Of a stretch of DNA of 50,801 bases, positions 1 to 9,207 are shown in pieces; positions within the stretch are counted from its first letter, which is position 1, and every line of letters starts with the position of its first letter. The notes under the pieces were generated by a model that had not been told where the DNA came from, ran no database searches, and saw nothing but the letters and a program-made list of their open reading frames with translations. The stretch is from Armatimonadota bacterium. Lineage in GTDB: Bacteria > Sysuimicrobiota > Sysuimicrobiia > Sysuimicrobiales > Humicultoraceae. The position numbers and the translations under genes were made by a program. The stretch is from contig JBQTJP010000067.1 of the NCBI GenBank assembly GCA_052386995.1, positions 1-50,801 of the forward strand, read 5' to 3'.

Positions 1-1502
1 TAGACATTCTCGTCGCCCTTGGGATAGTTGAACTCGGGGAACCGGGTGCGCACGATGACATAGCCCGGGCTCTTCTCGCCGTAGTACACCTCGGGCCGGT
101 CCATGCGCAGCTTCCCCTTGGGCGGCACGTCCTGCAGGAACAGCCTGGGAAGCCCTTCCGGGGTCAGCTCGTTCACGGGACTCATGGCGACCCCGTAGCC
201 GTGCGTGAACTGCAACCGCCGGTTCACCCATGTCTGGGCCTGGGCGGGCAGCTTCTCGGGCGAGAGTTCTCGCGCGGCCAGCATTACCTGGCGGTAGCGT
301 CCGTCGATGGTGTAGCGATCGACGTCCACATCCACGAAGTCGTAGTAGAGCCGGATGCTCTGAATCTGGTTGTAGGTGGTGAGCAGGGGCCCGGGGTCCC
401 ACAGGCGGATGTTGGCCACGGTACCCGGCGTCTTCGCCATGTCGGCGGAGGTCACCATCTCTTCGCCGGCGATGGGGGCTTCCGCGATCCGGTCGAGCGC
501 GTAGGCCTGCCGCGTCAGCCGGATCGCCCGCTCGATGTAGGGGCGCTCGCGTTCGAGTTCCTGCGGCTGCACGACGAAACGGTCCACCAGGGCCGGGTAG
601 ACGCCTCCCGCCAGGATGCCCACACCGATCCACGCCCCGGCGCCGGCGATGGCCAGGCGGTACCCCTGCCGAAACGCGGTGGCCCCGATTAACCCGGCCG
701 CCACCAGGGCCACCACCGCCTGGAGCCGCAGCGCGGGGAGCCGGGCGGCGACGTCGGCATAGGAGGCGCCGAAGGCAGCCCCCCGGGGCGAATAGACCAG
801 GTCATAGACCGCCAGCCAGTGCCCCCAGGCCATGAGGACCAGGAACAGCGCGCCGAGGCCGAAGAGGTGCCTGCGCATCGGCCGGGTCACGATGAGGTTG
901 AGCGGGGCCGCCGGCCGGAACTCCGGCTCGCCCTCGAGCGTTAGCGGCATCTGCGGCATCTGCGGGAAGACGATCCGGAAGGCGTACACCGCGACCGCCG
1001 CGGCCAGTGCCATCAAGGTCACCGTCAGCAGCCATCCCTGAACGAAGCGATAGACCGGCAAGGTGAAGACGAAAAACCCGATGTCGAGGGCGAACTGCGG
1101 ATCGGCCTGGCCGAACGGCGTGGCGTGCCGCCACCGCAGCACATGTTCCCATCGCCCGGCCGCGGCGCCGGCCATGTTCAGCGCCAGGAACAGGCCGCCG
1201 CCGATCACGGCCAGCGAGAACGGCCGCTCCAGCGCCCGCATCTGGGCGCTGCCGGGCATCTCGATCGAACCCACGGCCCGTTCCGCCAGACGGCGGGCGA
1301 GTCGGGCGCTCCCCAGAATGGCCCCGGCGCTCGCCAGGCCGCCGAGCACGAAGAGCGCGGCCTGCGCCAGGAACCGGGTGCGAAAGACCCCGGCGAAGCC
1401 CAGGTCCTGGAACCAGAGCCAGTCGGTGTAGAACCCCAGGGCCGCCGGCCCGCCCCAGAAGAGCACCAGCAAGATCAGCAGAATCAGGTTCCGAGTGCTC
1501 AT
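1..1502 (-). CDS. UPF0182 family membrane protein (3' end runs off the window)
   Basis: Read manually because the ORF track lacks it: ATG at 1502 after SD GAGGGGA; MSTRNLILLILLVLFWGGPAALGFYTDWLWFQDLGFAGVF... and ...FTHGYGVAMSPVNELTPEGLP...EFNYPKGDENV, typical UPF0182 motifs. Confidence 0.9.
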   Translation of the reverse strand, partial: MSTRNLILLILLVLFWGGPAALGFYTDWLWFQDLGFAGVFRTRFLAQAALFVLGGLASAGAILGSARLARRLAERAVGSIEMPGSAQMRALERPFSLAVIGGGLFLALNMAGAAAGRWEHVLRWRHATPFGQADPQFALDIGFFVFTLPVYRFVQGWLLTVTLMALAAAVAVYAFRIVFPQMPQMPLTLEGEPEFRPAAPLNLIVTRPMRRHLFGLGALFLVLMAWGHWLAVYDLVYSPRGAAFGASYADVAARLPALRLQAVVALVAAGLIGATAFRQGYRLAIAGAGAWIGVGILAGGVYPALVDRFVVQPQELERERPYIERAIRLTRQAYALDRIAEAPIAGEEMVTSADMAKTPGTVANIRLWDPGPLLTTYNQIQSIRLYYDFVDVDVDRYTIDGRYRQVMLAARELSPEKLPAQAQTWVNRRLQFTHGYGVAMSPVNELTPEGLPRLFLQDVPPKGKLRMDRPEVYYGEKSPGYVIVRTRFPEFNYPKGDENV

Positions 1503-1794
1503 CTGTCCCCTCGCGACTGCTGCGCCATCCTCATGCGAAGGTCGGACTCGACCGCGGAGGCCGTCGCCAGATCTGGTTCACCCGGTCCGGGCTCTCAGCG
1601 GCATCGAACAGGCAAGGCGTCAGAGGATTGTGAAGAAAAAGCCCTCGACGAAGGAAGCACATCCCCCTGTCACCCCCGCGCAACCGGCCCGCACCGAGCG
1701 GCTTGGGGGTTCTTTCTGGTGATTCGCCATGACGGCTCTGATTCCATCCTGCTCGCAGGACGAACACGCCACGCCACGAGGCATCCCCACGGCG

Positions 1795-2031
1795 GGACGG
1801 CGCAGCTACCGGAAGACGAAGCAAAACGTCGCACTCGCCTTTCTGTTCAACGGTATCGGTGTCCCTGCGGCGGCGACAGGGCTCGTGTACCCTGTGTGGG
1901 CGATGGCCGCTATGGCTCTGAGTGTGACGACCATCTTCATCAACTCGCTTGGGGACCGGCCCGCCCTCCTCTTTGAGGCATTGCGGAGCGTGGGCAGGGT
2001 CATTCCACAGGATGGAAAAGGTGACCTTTAG
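1795..2031 (+). pseudogene. C-terminal remnant of a heavy-metal (Cu) P1B-type ATPase
   Basis: SYRKTKQNVALAFLFNGIGVPAAATGLVYPVWAMAAMALSVTTIFINSL matches the last TM helices of CopA-type ATPases; the rest of the gene is absent upstream. Confidence 0.75.
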
Positions 2032-2242
2032 GGTTCCGACGATTGGCTGCGACGGATGCCTCAATAATATCCGGCGCGCGTTGACGAAAATGCCGGGGGT
2101 ACTTGCGGTGGAAGGTGATCTGAAAACAAAGGTCATCACAATCGTGCGCAATGAGGGCACGGCGCGTGACGAGGAGCTCATCGAGCGTATCGCTGAGACT
2201 GGCCATACAGCCGTAGGCTCCAGCACGGAAAGAGGCATCTGA
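2012..2242 (+). CDS. Heavy-metal-associated (HMA) domain copper chaperone, CopZ-like
   Basis: 76 aa, MEKVTFRVPTIGCDGCLNNIRRAL with CxxC; overlaps the end of the ATPase remnant. Confidence 0.85.
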   Translation: MEKVTFRVPTIGCDGCLNNIRRALTKMPGVLAVEGDLKTKVITIVRNEGTARDEELIERIAETGHTAVGSSTERGI

Positions 2243-2749
2243 GGGGGCACGGCGACGCATTTCCTCCGGATCGCCATGGACCTCTGTGCCGCTCTATTTG
2301 TGCTCGGGTACTTCTTGTGGGAGCAGAGAGGCCTGGTCTTGCTGTCGGTAGGGCTGTTTCTCGCCGTCCTCTACTTTACGGCCTAGCTCCTTCGCCCATT
2401 CGGACGAGTGCTGCACCTCTGGATGCCCTGGATCTTCCTGTTTCGTCTGATTCGAAGACGTTAGTTGGCTGCATAGCGGAGCGTGGACAGGCGCCCAAAG
2501 AAGCTTGACGTGGATTCTTAACTACTCCAATCAAGGCGCTGCCGTTGCCAGAGATTCAGCAGCTCTCCAGGAGCGGGTGGCTTGGGGGCTGCAGCCGAGA
2601 AGCCGGCCACTGAAGCTGCTTCCTCGAAGGGCGGTTATGTGGCGCTGTCGAAGACCATCTAGGCGATCAGCGAGACGGGCAGATTCGTTGTGGATCACAG
2701 GTGGCAACCTTACATCCATCGGCGAAACTTCTAATGGCGCGACCGTAGA

Positions 2750-3550
2750 TTGAAGGACTACGCGACTGTCCAGCCGATCACCGACCCTATCCCGACGCTG
2801 CGTCAGAGAGCGAAGCGCCACTATGGTGTTCATCCTACTTTACTCGCCGTTCTTGGCACGTCATCCAGACTTATCTGAGAAACTTTTCCGAGCCCGGGGA
2901 CTTAGTGCTCGATCCCTTCGGGGGGGTCGGCGTGACGGCAATTGAGTCCCTGGTCCTAAGGCGGAGGTGTGTGCACCTCGATATAAACCCGCTCGCGAAC
3001 TTCGTCACAAATCAGGTCGCAATCGCTCCGGTGGACTTGGCCGCTCTCGCGAAGGATTATGATAGGCTCCGGGAGCGCGTGACGCCGCTCATTCATCGGG
3101 CGTACAAACTTGATCTGAATCGTCTAGAACGGCTCTTGCGGGAAGTTGATTATCCCCGCGACCCGATACCTGTCTACGTCGATCAGACCCATCAAGGAAC
3201 AGTTGATAACCTCTTTACCCCTCGGCAGCTGTATTCGCTCGCCATCATCAGGCACTTCATTATGACGACGAGAAATGAGATTTCCCGGAACTTGTTGCTT
3301 TTAGCTTTCTCGGGGAACGTTGGCCAAGGTCAACAGGATGTTCATATCAGCAGTGGGGCGGAAGGAAAGCCGTGGCGGGCGACTATGTTCAGCATCTTCA
3401 AGTATGTCGTCCCGAAGGAGCCCGTTGAGCTTCATCCCTGGTAGCAGTTTGAACTCAGATTCAGACGGCTGCTTCAGGCCAAGCGTGAGACTAATGACTT
3501 TATCGGGAACTATTGCAGGCCTGGTGACACCATCACCGTGGTGAAAGAAG
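2750..3550 (+). pseudogene. DNA methyltransferase (amino-MTase) pseudogene
   Basis: HYGVHP/YFTRR across a frameshift near 2835, SAM-binding VLDPFGGVGVTAIE, further frameshifts near 3315-3380, in-frame TAG at 3442; cut off at the IS256 junction. Confidence 0.8.
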
Positions 3551-4540
3551 GCCCGGAAGCTGACGTTACGGTGTGGGACCGTGACGGTGCGCCGGCCGCG
3601 GGTCCGGGGAGTGGAGGAGCGATTCGAAAGCCGTATCCTGCCGCTGTGTGCGCGGCGCACGACGGAAGTCAACGCGCTGATTCCCGACCTGTACCTGCAC
3701 GGCTTGGCGGAGGGCGATGTCGATCTGGCGTTGCGGGGGCTGCTGGGCGAGGAGGCGCCGGTGTCGGCCAGCACCGTTGCGCGGCTGAAGGCGCGGTGGC
3801 AGGGCGAACTGGCGGCGTGGCGCCATCGCCGGCTGGAGGATCTGGAGGTGGCCTACCTCTGGGTGGATGGTGTCTACGTCAAGGCCGGGCTGGAGAAGGA
3901 CACGGCCGCGCTGCTGGTGGTCCTGGCGGGGCTGAGCGATGGGACCAAGGTGCTGCTGGCGGTCGTTCCGGGGCATCGCGAATCGACCGAGAGCTGGGCG
4001 CGCTGCGCAACGTGTATCCAGACGCGGCCGAACAGCGCTGTTGGAATCATCGGATCCTCAACGTCCTGGACAAGCTCCCCAAGCGGCTGCAGACGCAGGC
4101 CACGCGCGCCCTCCGGCAGATCCCCTACGCGGAGACGGGCGCGGCCGCAGAGCGGCTCCGGGCGGACTTCGCGGCGTGGTGCCGGGAGCCGGGCTGTCCG
4201 GATGCGGCGGCGACCCTCGAACGCGACTGGGACCGGATGGTGACGTTCTACCGGTTCCCGCGCCAGCACTGGCGCCACCTGCGGACGACGAATCCGCTGG
4301 AGTCGCCGTGTGCCGCGCTGCGCCTGCGCGCCGATGCGGCGAAACGCTTCAAGCGGGTGGACAATGCCACGGCCGTGATCTGGAAGATGCTGCAGATCGC
4401 CGAAACGAAGTTCCGAAGGCTCAACGCTCCGGAGCTGATGAACCGCGTATATCTTGGGGGTGAATACGTCGATGGGATCGAAGTGACACTACACCAGGGG
4501 GTTGCCGCCTGATCCATTTACACACCTATTGACGAACCTC
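3551..4540 (+). mobile_element. IS256 family element, 5'-truncated, with internally deleted/frameshifted transposase
   Basis: YLWVDGVYVKAG...GHRESTESW in one frame, then QRCWNHRILN...LRTTNPLES in another (junction ~4000); stop at 4512 followed by an IR-like end TTTACACACCTATTGACGAACCTC. Confidence 0.88.
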
Positions 4541-4556
4541 TCTTTGGCCAATTATG

Positions 4557-4585
4557 TTGACACTTCATGCCGCTTTGGCTAGTCT
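4557..4585 (+). promoter_or_regulatory. Sigma70-type promoter with no downstream ORF (would drive the putative ncRNA)
   Basis: TTGACA (4557-4562), 17 nt, TAGTCT (4580-4585); predicted +1 near 4592. Confidence 0.7.
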
Positions 4586-4591
4586 ATGCAT

Positions 4592-4685
4592 GGAGTAAGT
4601 CCCTAGGGTAACGTTCGGGCGAGGGCGCTCTCACAGCGGAGCTTCTCAGTGACCCCGGGCTATTCCCGAAGGGCATCCTGACTCC
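4592..4685 (+). ncRNA. Putative structured ncRNA convergent with the DUF3800 gene (DUF3800-RNA-motif-like)
   Basis: Closing stem GGAGTaAG/CTgACTCC; inner stems CCC..GGGTaAC/GTgACCC..GGG and GAGGG..GCTC/GAGC..TTCTC; TTCGGG (4614-19) complementary to CCCGAA (4665-70); begins at the predicted TSS. Confidence 0.6.
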
Positions 4686-4687
4686 CC

Positions 4688-5335
4688 TCAGCGTTCTTGG
4701 CTGAGGGGATTTACTATCTGGAGGAGTTTCAAGCCGGGAGTGTCCGTGATCGCGGGTGCGGACCGACCGGTCGCGTACTGCTTGTAGAAGGTGTTCGACA
4801 CGAAGTCGGCGATCTCCAGAAGAATGTCACTGGCGCTGGGGCTGATCGTGAGTGTCGCGGTCGTGTTGGGCAGTCTCGCTCGGAGGTACCCGAGGACGCT
4901 AGCGCGGAAGCTCTCCCGCCCGAGGTGCCCGTGTTTGACCTTCCGGCTATCAATGACGAGCCGGATGCTTCTCCGCCCCTGGAGGGGGAGCGCCGTGATC
5001 AGCCGTTTCATAAGATCCTCATAGACCCGCTCGACATTGACGCCATCCTTCCCGAAGTATGGACTGTTCTTGCCCACTGGGAGAGTCCGGAGATCCTGCG
5101 AGGCGTTGAGGACGGTCGCGTCCCGCTGGGCGAGGAGGGCGAAGGCCTTTGGCCGAAGCGGCTCAAAGCGACTGTCAGTGGCATGGATGCGCCTTCGCTC
5201 TGCGTACGGTCGCCGTAGTTCTCTCCACCGTCGCCGGAGTGCGGCCTCGTCAATGATGGCAAATCCATTGATGCTGATGAAGAGTGGTTTCGAGCGGTCG
5301 GCAAGGTTGTAGGATTCGTCGAGGTAGATGAACAT
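4688..5335 (-). CDS. DUF3800 domain protein
   Basis: N-terminal MFIYLDES, central VIDSR, C-terminal LEIADFVSN acidic motifs characteristic of DUF3800; 215 aa, intact. Confidence 0.82.
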   Translation of the reverse strand: MFIYLDESYNLADRSKPLFISINGFAIIDEAALRRRWRELRRPYAERRRIHATDSRFEPLRPKAFALLAQRDATVLNASQDLRTLPVGKNSPYFGKDGVNVERVYEDLMKRLITALPLQGRRSIRLVIDSRKVKHGHLGRESFRASVLGYLRARLPNTTATLTISPSASDILLEIADFVSNTFYKQYATGRSAPAITDTPGLKLLQIVNPLSQER

Positions 5336-5720
5336 TCGCAGTCTGACGATAGCCGATTAGGTTACGGAGGGGCAAACGCCCGCTTGCCTAGGCGGCGAGT
5401 AACCCCTTGACGACCTCCAGCGGCAACGGGTCTTTCGCCAGGGCGGTTCGAAGATCTCTTATGATGGCCTGCCAGGATTGACCGCTTCAGGGATGCTGCC
5501 TACCGTGTCCCGAATCCGGCTGGCTTGCGATGGGAGACAAACTGAAGCGGCAGGATCGCCAGCCCCAGACTACCCGCGGCGGTCCAGAAGGCCACCTCGA
5601 AGCCCACCGCCGGTCCGGCTGGTGCGCCGGGCTCTGCTGCAGCGCGACGCGCGCGTGATCCTCTGGGTGAGCTCTATGCAATGCCAGTTGATCAGGCGAC
5701 GAATGTGTCGGTGAACGCGG

Positions 5721-6299
5721 CTAACGCGCCAGCGCGTCCTCGACGGCCTTGACCCACTGTTGAGGATCGGTCACGCCGCCGCGGAACTTGCGGACGATGC
5801 GTCCCGCGCGGTCCACGAAGAACGTCTCCGGCAGCCCGGTCAGGCCGTAGGCCCGAAAGACGGCGTTGTCCCTGTCCCGTACCAGGGGGAATGTCGTCTT
5901 CGTTTCCTTCACGAATCGCAGCGCCTCGGGCGTAAGATCCTGGACATTGATGCCCAGGACGATCACACCGCGGTCCTTGTATCGCTGCCAGGTGGCCTCC
6001 AGCATGGGGGCTTCGGCGCGGCACGGGACGCACCACGACGCCCAGAAGTTGATCACGACGACCTTGCCGCGTAGCGACGCGATGTCGATGGTCCCCTCGC
6101 CATTCAGCCGCGGCAGGACGAACGGCGGCGCGTCCGGGGTCAGGCCTTGTGCCAACGCCACACTGATGGATGCCGGCCGATTGGTGCGGACCGTCACAAA
6201 GGCGAGCAGCGCCAGGACCGCGGTCAGGCTTCCCAGCAGGAACCACCGCTGTCTCTTGCTGCCGGTCGGCGCCGGACAGGACTGTGTTGTGCCAATCAT
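5721..6299 (-). CDS. TlpA/ResA-like thiol-disulfide oxidoreductase
   Basis: N-terminal TM anchor, VINFWASWCVPCRAEAP, GLPETFFVDRAG. Confidence 0.9.
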   Translation of the reverse strand: MIGTTQSCPAPTGSKRQRWFLLGSLTAVLALLAFVTVRTNRPASISVALAQGLTPDAPPFVLPRLNGEGTIDIASLRGKVVVINFWASWCVPCRAEAPMLEATWQRYKDRGVIVLGINVQDLTPEALRFVKETKTTFPLVRDRDNAVFRAYGLTGLPETFFVDRAGRIVRKFRGGVTDPQQWVKAVEDALAR

Positions 6300-6455
6300 G
6301 GTGTAGGATCGGCGACGCTCTTCGCTGACAGTCCCATCCAGACCTCCGCGGAACCGTCCGGACATCGCGCGCCCCAGGTCCGACGACACCGTGAAACAAA
6401 ACGCGCCGGACGCTGCGTTGTGAGACTTGAGGGGCTGGATTGAAGGAGGTATTCT

Positions 6456-7730
6456 GTGAGCACCATGCGGCGGCAAGCACTGTCCGTGTTGCTGGGCTTC
6501 ATCGCTGTCGTCCTGGCGGTCTCGATCGCGTCGGCGCAGCCCGCGGTCTCCGGCGCATCCGCGTTTGCGCACGTTCAGCATCTGGCCGGCGTCATCGGTC
6601 CTCGTGTGGCCGGCACTGCGGCCGAGCGGCAGGCCGCCGAGTACCTGGCCGGACAGTTGCGCCAGTACGGGTATGCCGTCGAGTTCCACTCCTTCCCGTT
6701 CCCGTTTTTCGAGGCCCGGCAGGTCCAGGCGCAGGTCGTCGGTCCATCGCTACGGTCGATCACGACGCAGGCACTCTTCCTGTCGGTCTCGACCCCGGCC
6801 GGGGGGGTTGAAGCCGACCTCGTGCCCGCCGGCATCGGCCGTCCCGAGGACTTCGAGGGCCGCCGGTTGGCCGGGGCGATCGCCCTGGTCGAGCGGGGCA
6901 CGCTCACGTTCCGCGAGAAGGCGGCGAACGCGGCGGCCCGGGGCGCAGTGGCGGTCATCGTCTACAACAGCCAGCCCGGAATCACCGCGGGAACACTGCA
7001 GCGGCCCTCGGAGATCCCGGCGGTGATGATCTCTCAGGAGGACGGCCGGCAGCTCGTCGAGGCGGCGCAGCGCGGCACGGTGCGCCTGCGGCTGCTCGTG
7101 GAGACGGTCAATGAGACGCGGTCGACAGTGAACGTCGTCGCCACGAAGCGGGGAAGCGCACGTCCCGAGGAGATCGTGGTCGTCGGCGGCCACTACGATT
7201 CAGTTCCCGGCAGTCCGGGGGCCAACGACAACGCCTCGGGTACGGCGGCCACGCTGGAGGCTGCGCGGGTGCTTGCCGCGATTCCGACGCCGCGCACGGT
7301 CCAGTTCGTTCTGTTCGCGGCCGAGGAGCCCGGCCTGTTTGGCTCCGCGGCGTTCGCCAGCGAGCGGCGCCAGGGCGTCGTGGCGATGATCAACAGTGAC
7401 ATGGTGGGTTGGGGCGAGCGCCTCATGGTGGGCAACGCCAGCGGACCCGATGCACCGATCATCACAACGGCCGCCCAGGTCGCTCAGCGGCTCGGCATTC
7501 AGGTGACGCGCACTCAAGCCTCCAACAGCGATCACACCAGTTTCGAGCGCGCCGGCGTTCCGGCGGTCTTTCTGCACCGCGGCGTCGATCCACACTATCA
7601 TAGACCGACCGACGTCCCGGCGAATGTGGAGCCCAGGCACCTCGAAGAAGTGGTGCGCCTGATCGTCGGGCTCGTGCAGGAGTTGACGACGCTCCGGAGC
7701 GCCGGGGTCCTGCAGCCGGCTCGGAACTAG
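6456..7730 (+). CDS. Secreted M28 family aminopeptidase with PA domain
   Basis: Signal peptide; GGHYDSV, GANDNASG, AEEPGL, SDH, HYH metal motifs; PA insert ALVERG...AVIVYN; SD GGAGG. Confidence 0.92.
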   Translation: MSTMRRQALSVLLGFIAVVLAVSIASAQPAVSGASAFAHVQHLAGVIGPRVAGTAAERQAAEYLAGQLRQYGYAVEFHSFPFPFFEARQVQAQVVGPSLRSITTQALFLSVSTPAGGVEADLVPAGIGRPEDFEGRRLAGAIALVERGTLTFREKAANAAARGAVAVIVYNSQPGITAGTLQRPSEIPAVMISQEDGRQLVEAAQRGTVRLRLLVETVNETRSTVNVVATKRGSARPEEIVVVGGHYDSVPGSPGANDNASGTAATLEAARVLAAIPTPRTVQFVLFAAEEPGLFGSAAFASERRQGVVAMINSDMVGWGERLMVGNASGPDAPIITTAAQVAQRLGIQVTRTQASNSDHTSFERAGVPAVFLHRGVDPHYHRPTDVPANVEPRHLEEVVRLIVGLVQELTTLRSAGVLQPARN

Positions 7731-8416
7731 GACCGCACGGGTCCGTGGGGCGCGGCCCGAAGGGCCGCGGGATACATCCAGCGTTTCTGCCCGCGATAAT
7801 AGACCGCGGGCGCGCTGGGGTAGCGGCGGCGGAACTCCTTGAACGTCTTCAGCAGGTGACGGTAGCGCAGCCTTGAGGAGCGCATCCGCCGGTGCGGGTA
7901 GTCGATCAGGAAGCGCTCTAGCTTCCACATGTTGCCCCGAGCAAACCGCCAGTCGTACCGTCCCATGTCGCGGAGATCTACCAGCGCGTAGCCGGTGAGG
8001 CGTCCGGTGAAGTCGACATACGGATCGTAGTAGCTCCAGGCGAGGTCCCTGATGGAGCGGAATACGGGCCGGCGCCCGTGCAGTCCGGCGTCCCGTGACC
8101 GCGCGACCGAGCCCCACCGGCCTCTGTGACGGAACACGAAGATAACGTGATCGAGGTCATCTTGCGACTCGAAGCTCAAGAGCAGCGGGGGATAGCCGTG
8201 TTGCTCCAGGATCACCGTGGCCGCCAGGGCCGCCTCCAGACAGTGCACCTGTCCGGCACGGACGACGTCCCTGAATGACCGTAGCGTCTCTCCGACACGC
8301 TCATGGTTGTACCGCAGTGACCGCAGATACCGTTCAACCTGCCAGGGGGTCCTGTGGCGTTTAACGATGGCCCACTCGCGGCGCGTGAACGCCCGGCGCG
8401 GCGGCGGCCCGGTTAT
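7727..8416 (-). CDS. Conserved hypothetical protein, transglutaminase/papain-like Cys-His motifs (start uncertain)
   Basis: HCLEAALAA...DLDHVIFVF...WGSVARSR; no canonical start near the conserved region, ATA at 8416 follows AGGAG. Confidence 0.6.
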   Translation of the reverse strand: MTGPPPRRAFTRREWAIVKRHRTPWQVERYLRSLRYNHERVGETLRSFRDVVRAGQVHCLEAALAATVILEQHGYPPLLLSFESQDDLDHVIFVFRHRGRWGSVARSRDAGLHGRRPVFRSIRDLAWSYYDPYVDFTGRLTGYALVDLRDMGRYDWRFARGNMWKLERFLIDYPHRRMRSSRLRYRHLLKTFKEFRRRYPSAPAVYYRGQKRWMYPAALRAAPHGPVRS

Positions 8417-8811
8417 CTGGCTCCTGTCTCCCCGGCGCGGGTTGCGACGGTGCGCGTGCGCTGCCACTCCCAAATCACCAGCGCTCCCCCGGCGAGCCCG
8501 ATCGGCAGCGTCACCGATACCATCAGGATATCGGCCTCGAGCGAGAGAGGAAACAGCTGGATGGCGAGCCGCGCGGACATGACGAGGGCTATGAGAAAGA
8601 AGCCGATCAGATACCGGCGGAGGTCGCGCCGGATCAGGCATGCGATCAAGAGAGTGATGCCCAAAGCCAACCCTATCAGGTTTACGATGAAGTAGGTCTT
8701 CTGGACACTCCAGGTTGCTGGGGTCGCGTCGGCGGCCGAGCGCAGGGCGAAGGCTACCACCCCGGCCGCGAGCATCACCAGCACGGTTGCCACGAGCGCC
8801 TGCCGTCTCAC
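8413..8811 (-). CDS. Hypothetical membrane protein (~4 TM)
   Basis: GTG after SD GGAGG; four hydrophobic segments. Confidence 0.65.
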   Translation of the reverse strand: MRRQALVATVLVMLAAGVVAFALRSAADATPATWSVQKTYFIVNLIGLALGITLLIACLIRRDLRRYLIGFFLIALVMSARLAIQLFPLSLEADILMVSVTLPIGLAGGALVIWEWQRTRTVATRAGETGAR

Positions 8812-8968
8812 GGAATCACCTCCGGCTCCGGCGTTGTCGTGCGGACGGCCGGACCGATCAAGGTAGCATGTTCCCAAACTGTCTCCTTCCCGGACACCCC
8901 CGGCGGCCGTTCCCTTGTCGGACGCCGCAGGCCGATGCTACACTGAAGACGACCAAATTTCATACCAG

Positions 8969-9110
8969 ACCTTCGGGGCAGGGTGAGCCGGCGCTGGCGC
9001 GCCGGCAATTCCCGATCGGCGGTAGAGCCCGCGAGCCCCGGCCGCCTGCGCGGTCGGGGCAGATCCGGTGGAACTCCGGGGCCGACGGTACAGTCCGGAT
9101 GGAAGAAGGT
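8969..9110 (+). ncRNA. FMN riboswitch (RFN element)
   Basis: CTTCGGGGCAGGGTGA...AATTCCCGATCGGCGGTAGAGCCCGCGA...AGATCCGGTGGAACTCCGGGGCCGACGGTACAGTCCGGATGGAAGAAG upstream of ribD. Confidence 0.96.
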
Positions 9111-9207
9111 CGGTAGAGCAGGGCGCCGCCCGTTGGGCGGTAGTGTGCCTGTGTTCTGCCATCCCCGCGCCCGGAGGTCTCGTGGACCCCGGGCGTGTGT
9201 GTTGGTC

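Noticed and set aside
1672..1717. ACCCCC...GGGGGT-TCTTTCT hairpin
   Set aside because: Terminator-like, but the inner stem is irregular and no upstream plus-strand gene explains it
201..1976. Several plus-strand ORFs in the track
   Set aside because: Mostly shadow frames of the minus-strand UPF0182 gene, which the track missed because it has no stop in the window
5380..5700. Possible gene fragments upstream of DUF3800 (e.g. VGFEVAFWTAAGSLGLAILPL)
   Set aside because: Too short and ambiguous to assign without a search
6392..6419. TGAAAC...CGTT ECF-like promoter before the M28 peptidase
   Set aside because: The 18-nt spacer is off-consensus and no second copy was found to support it
8983..9207. 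N-terminal extension of RibD
   Set aside because: Runs through the FMN riboswitch; the RibD-like sequence begins near ATG 9208
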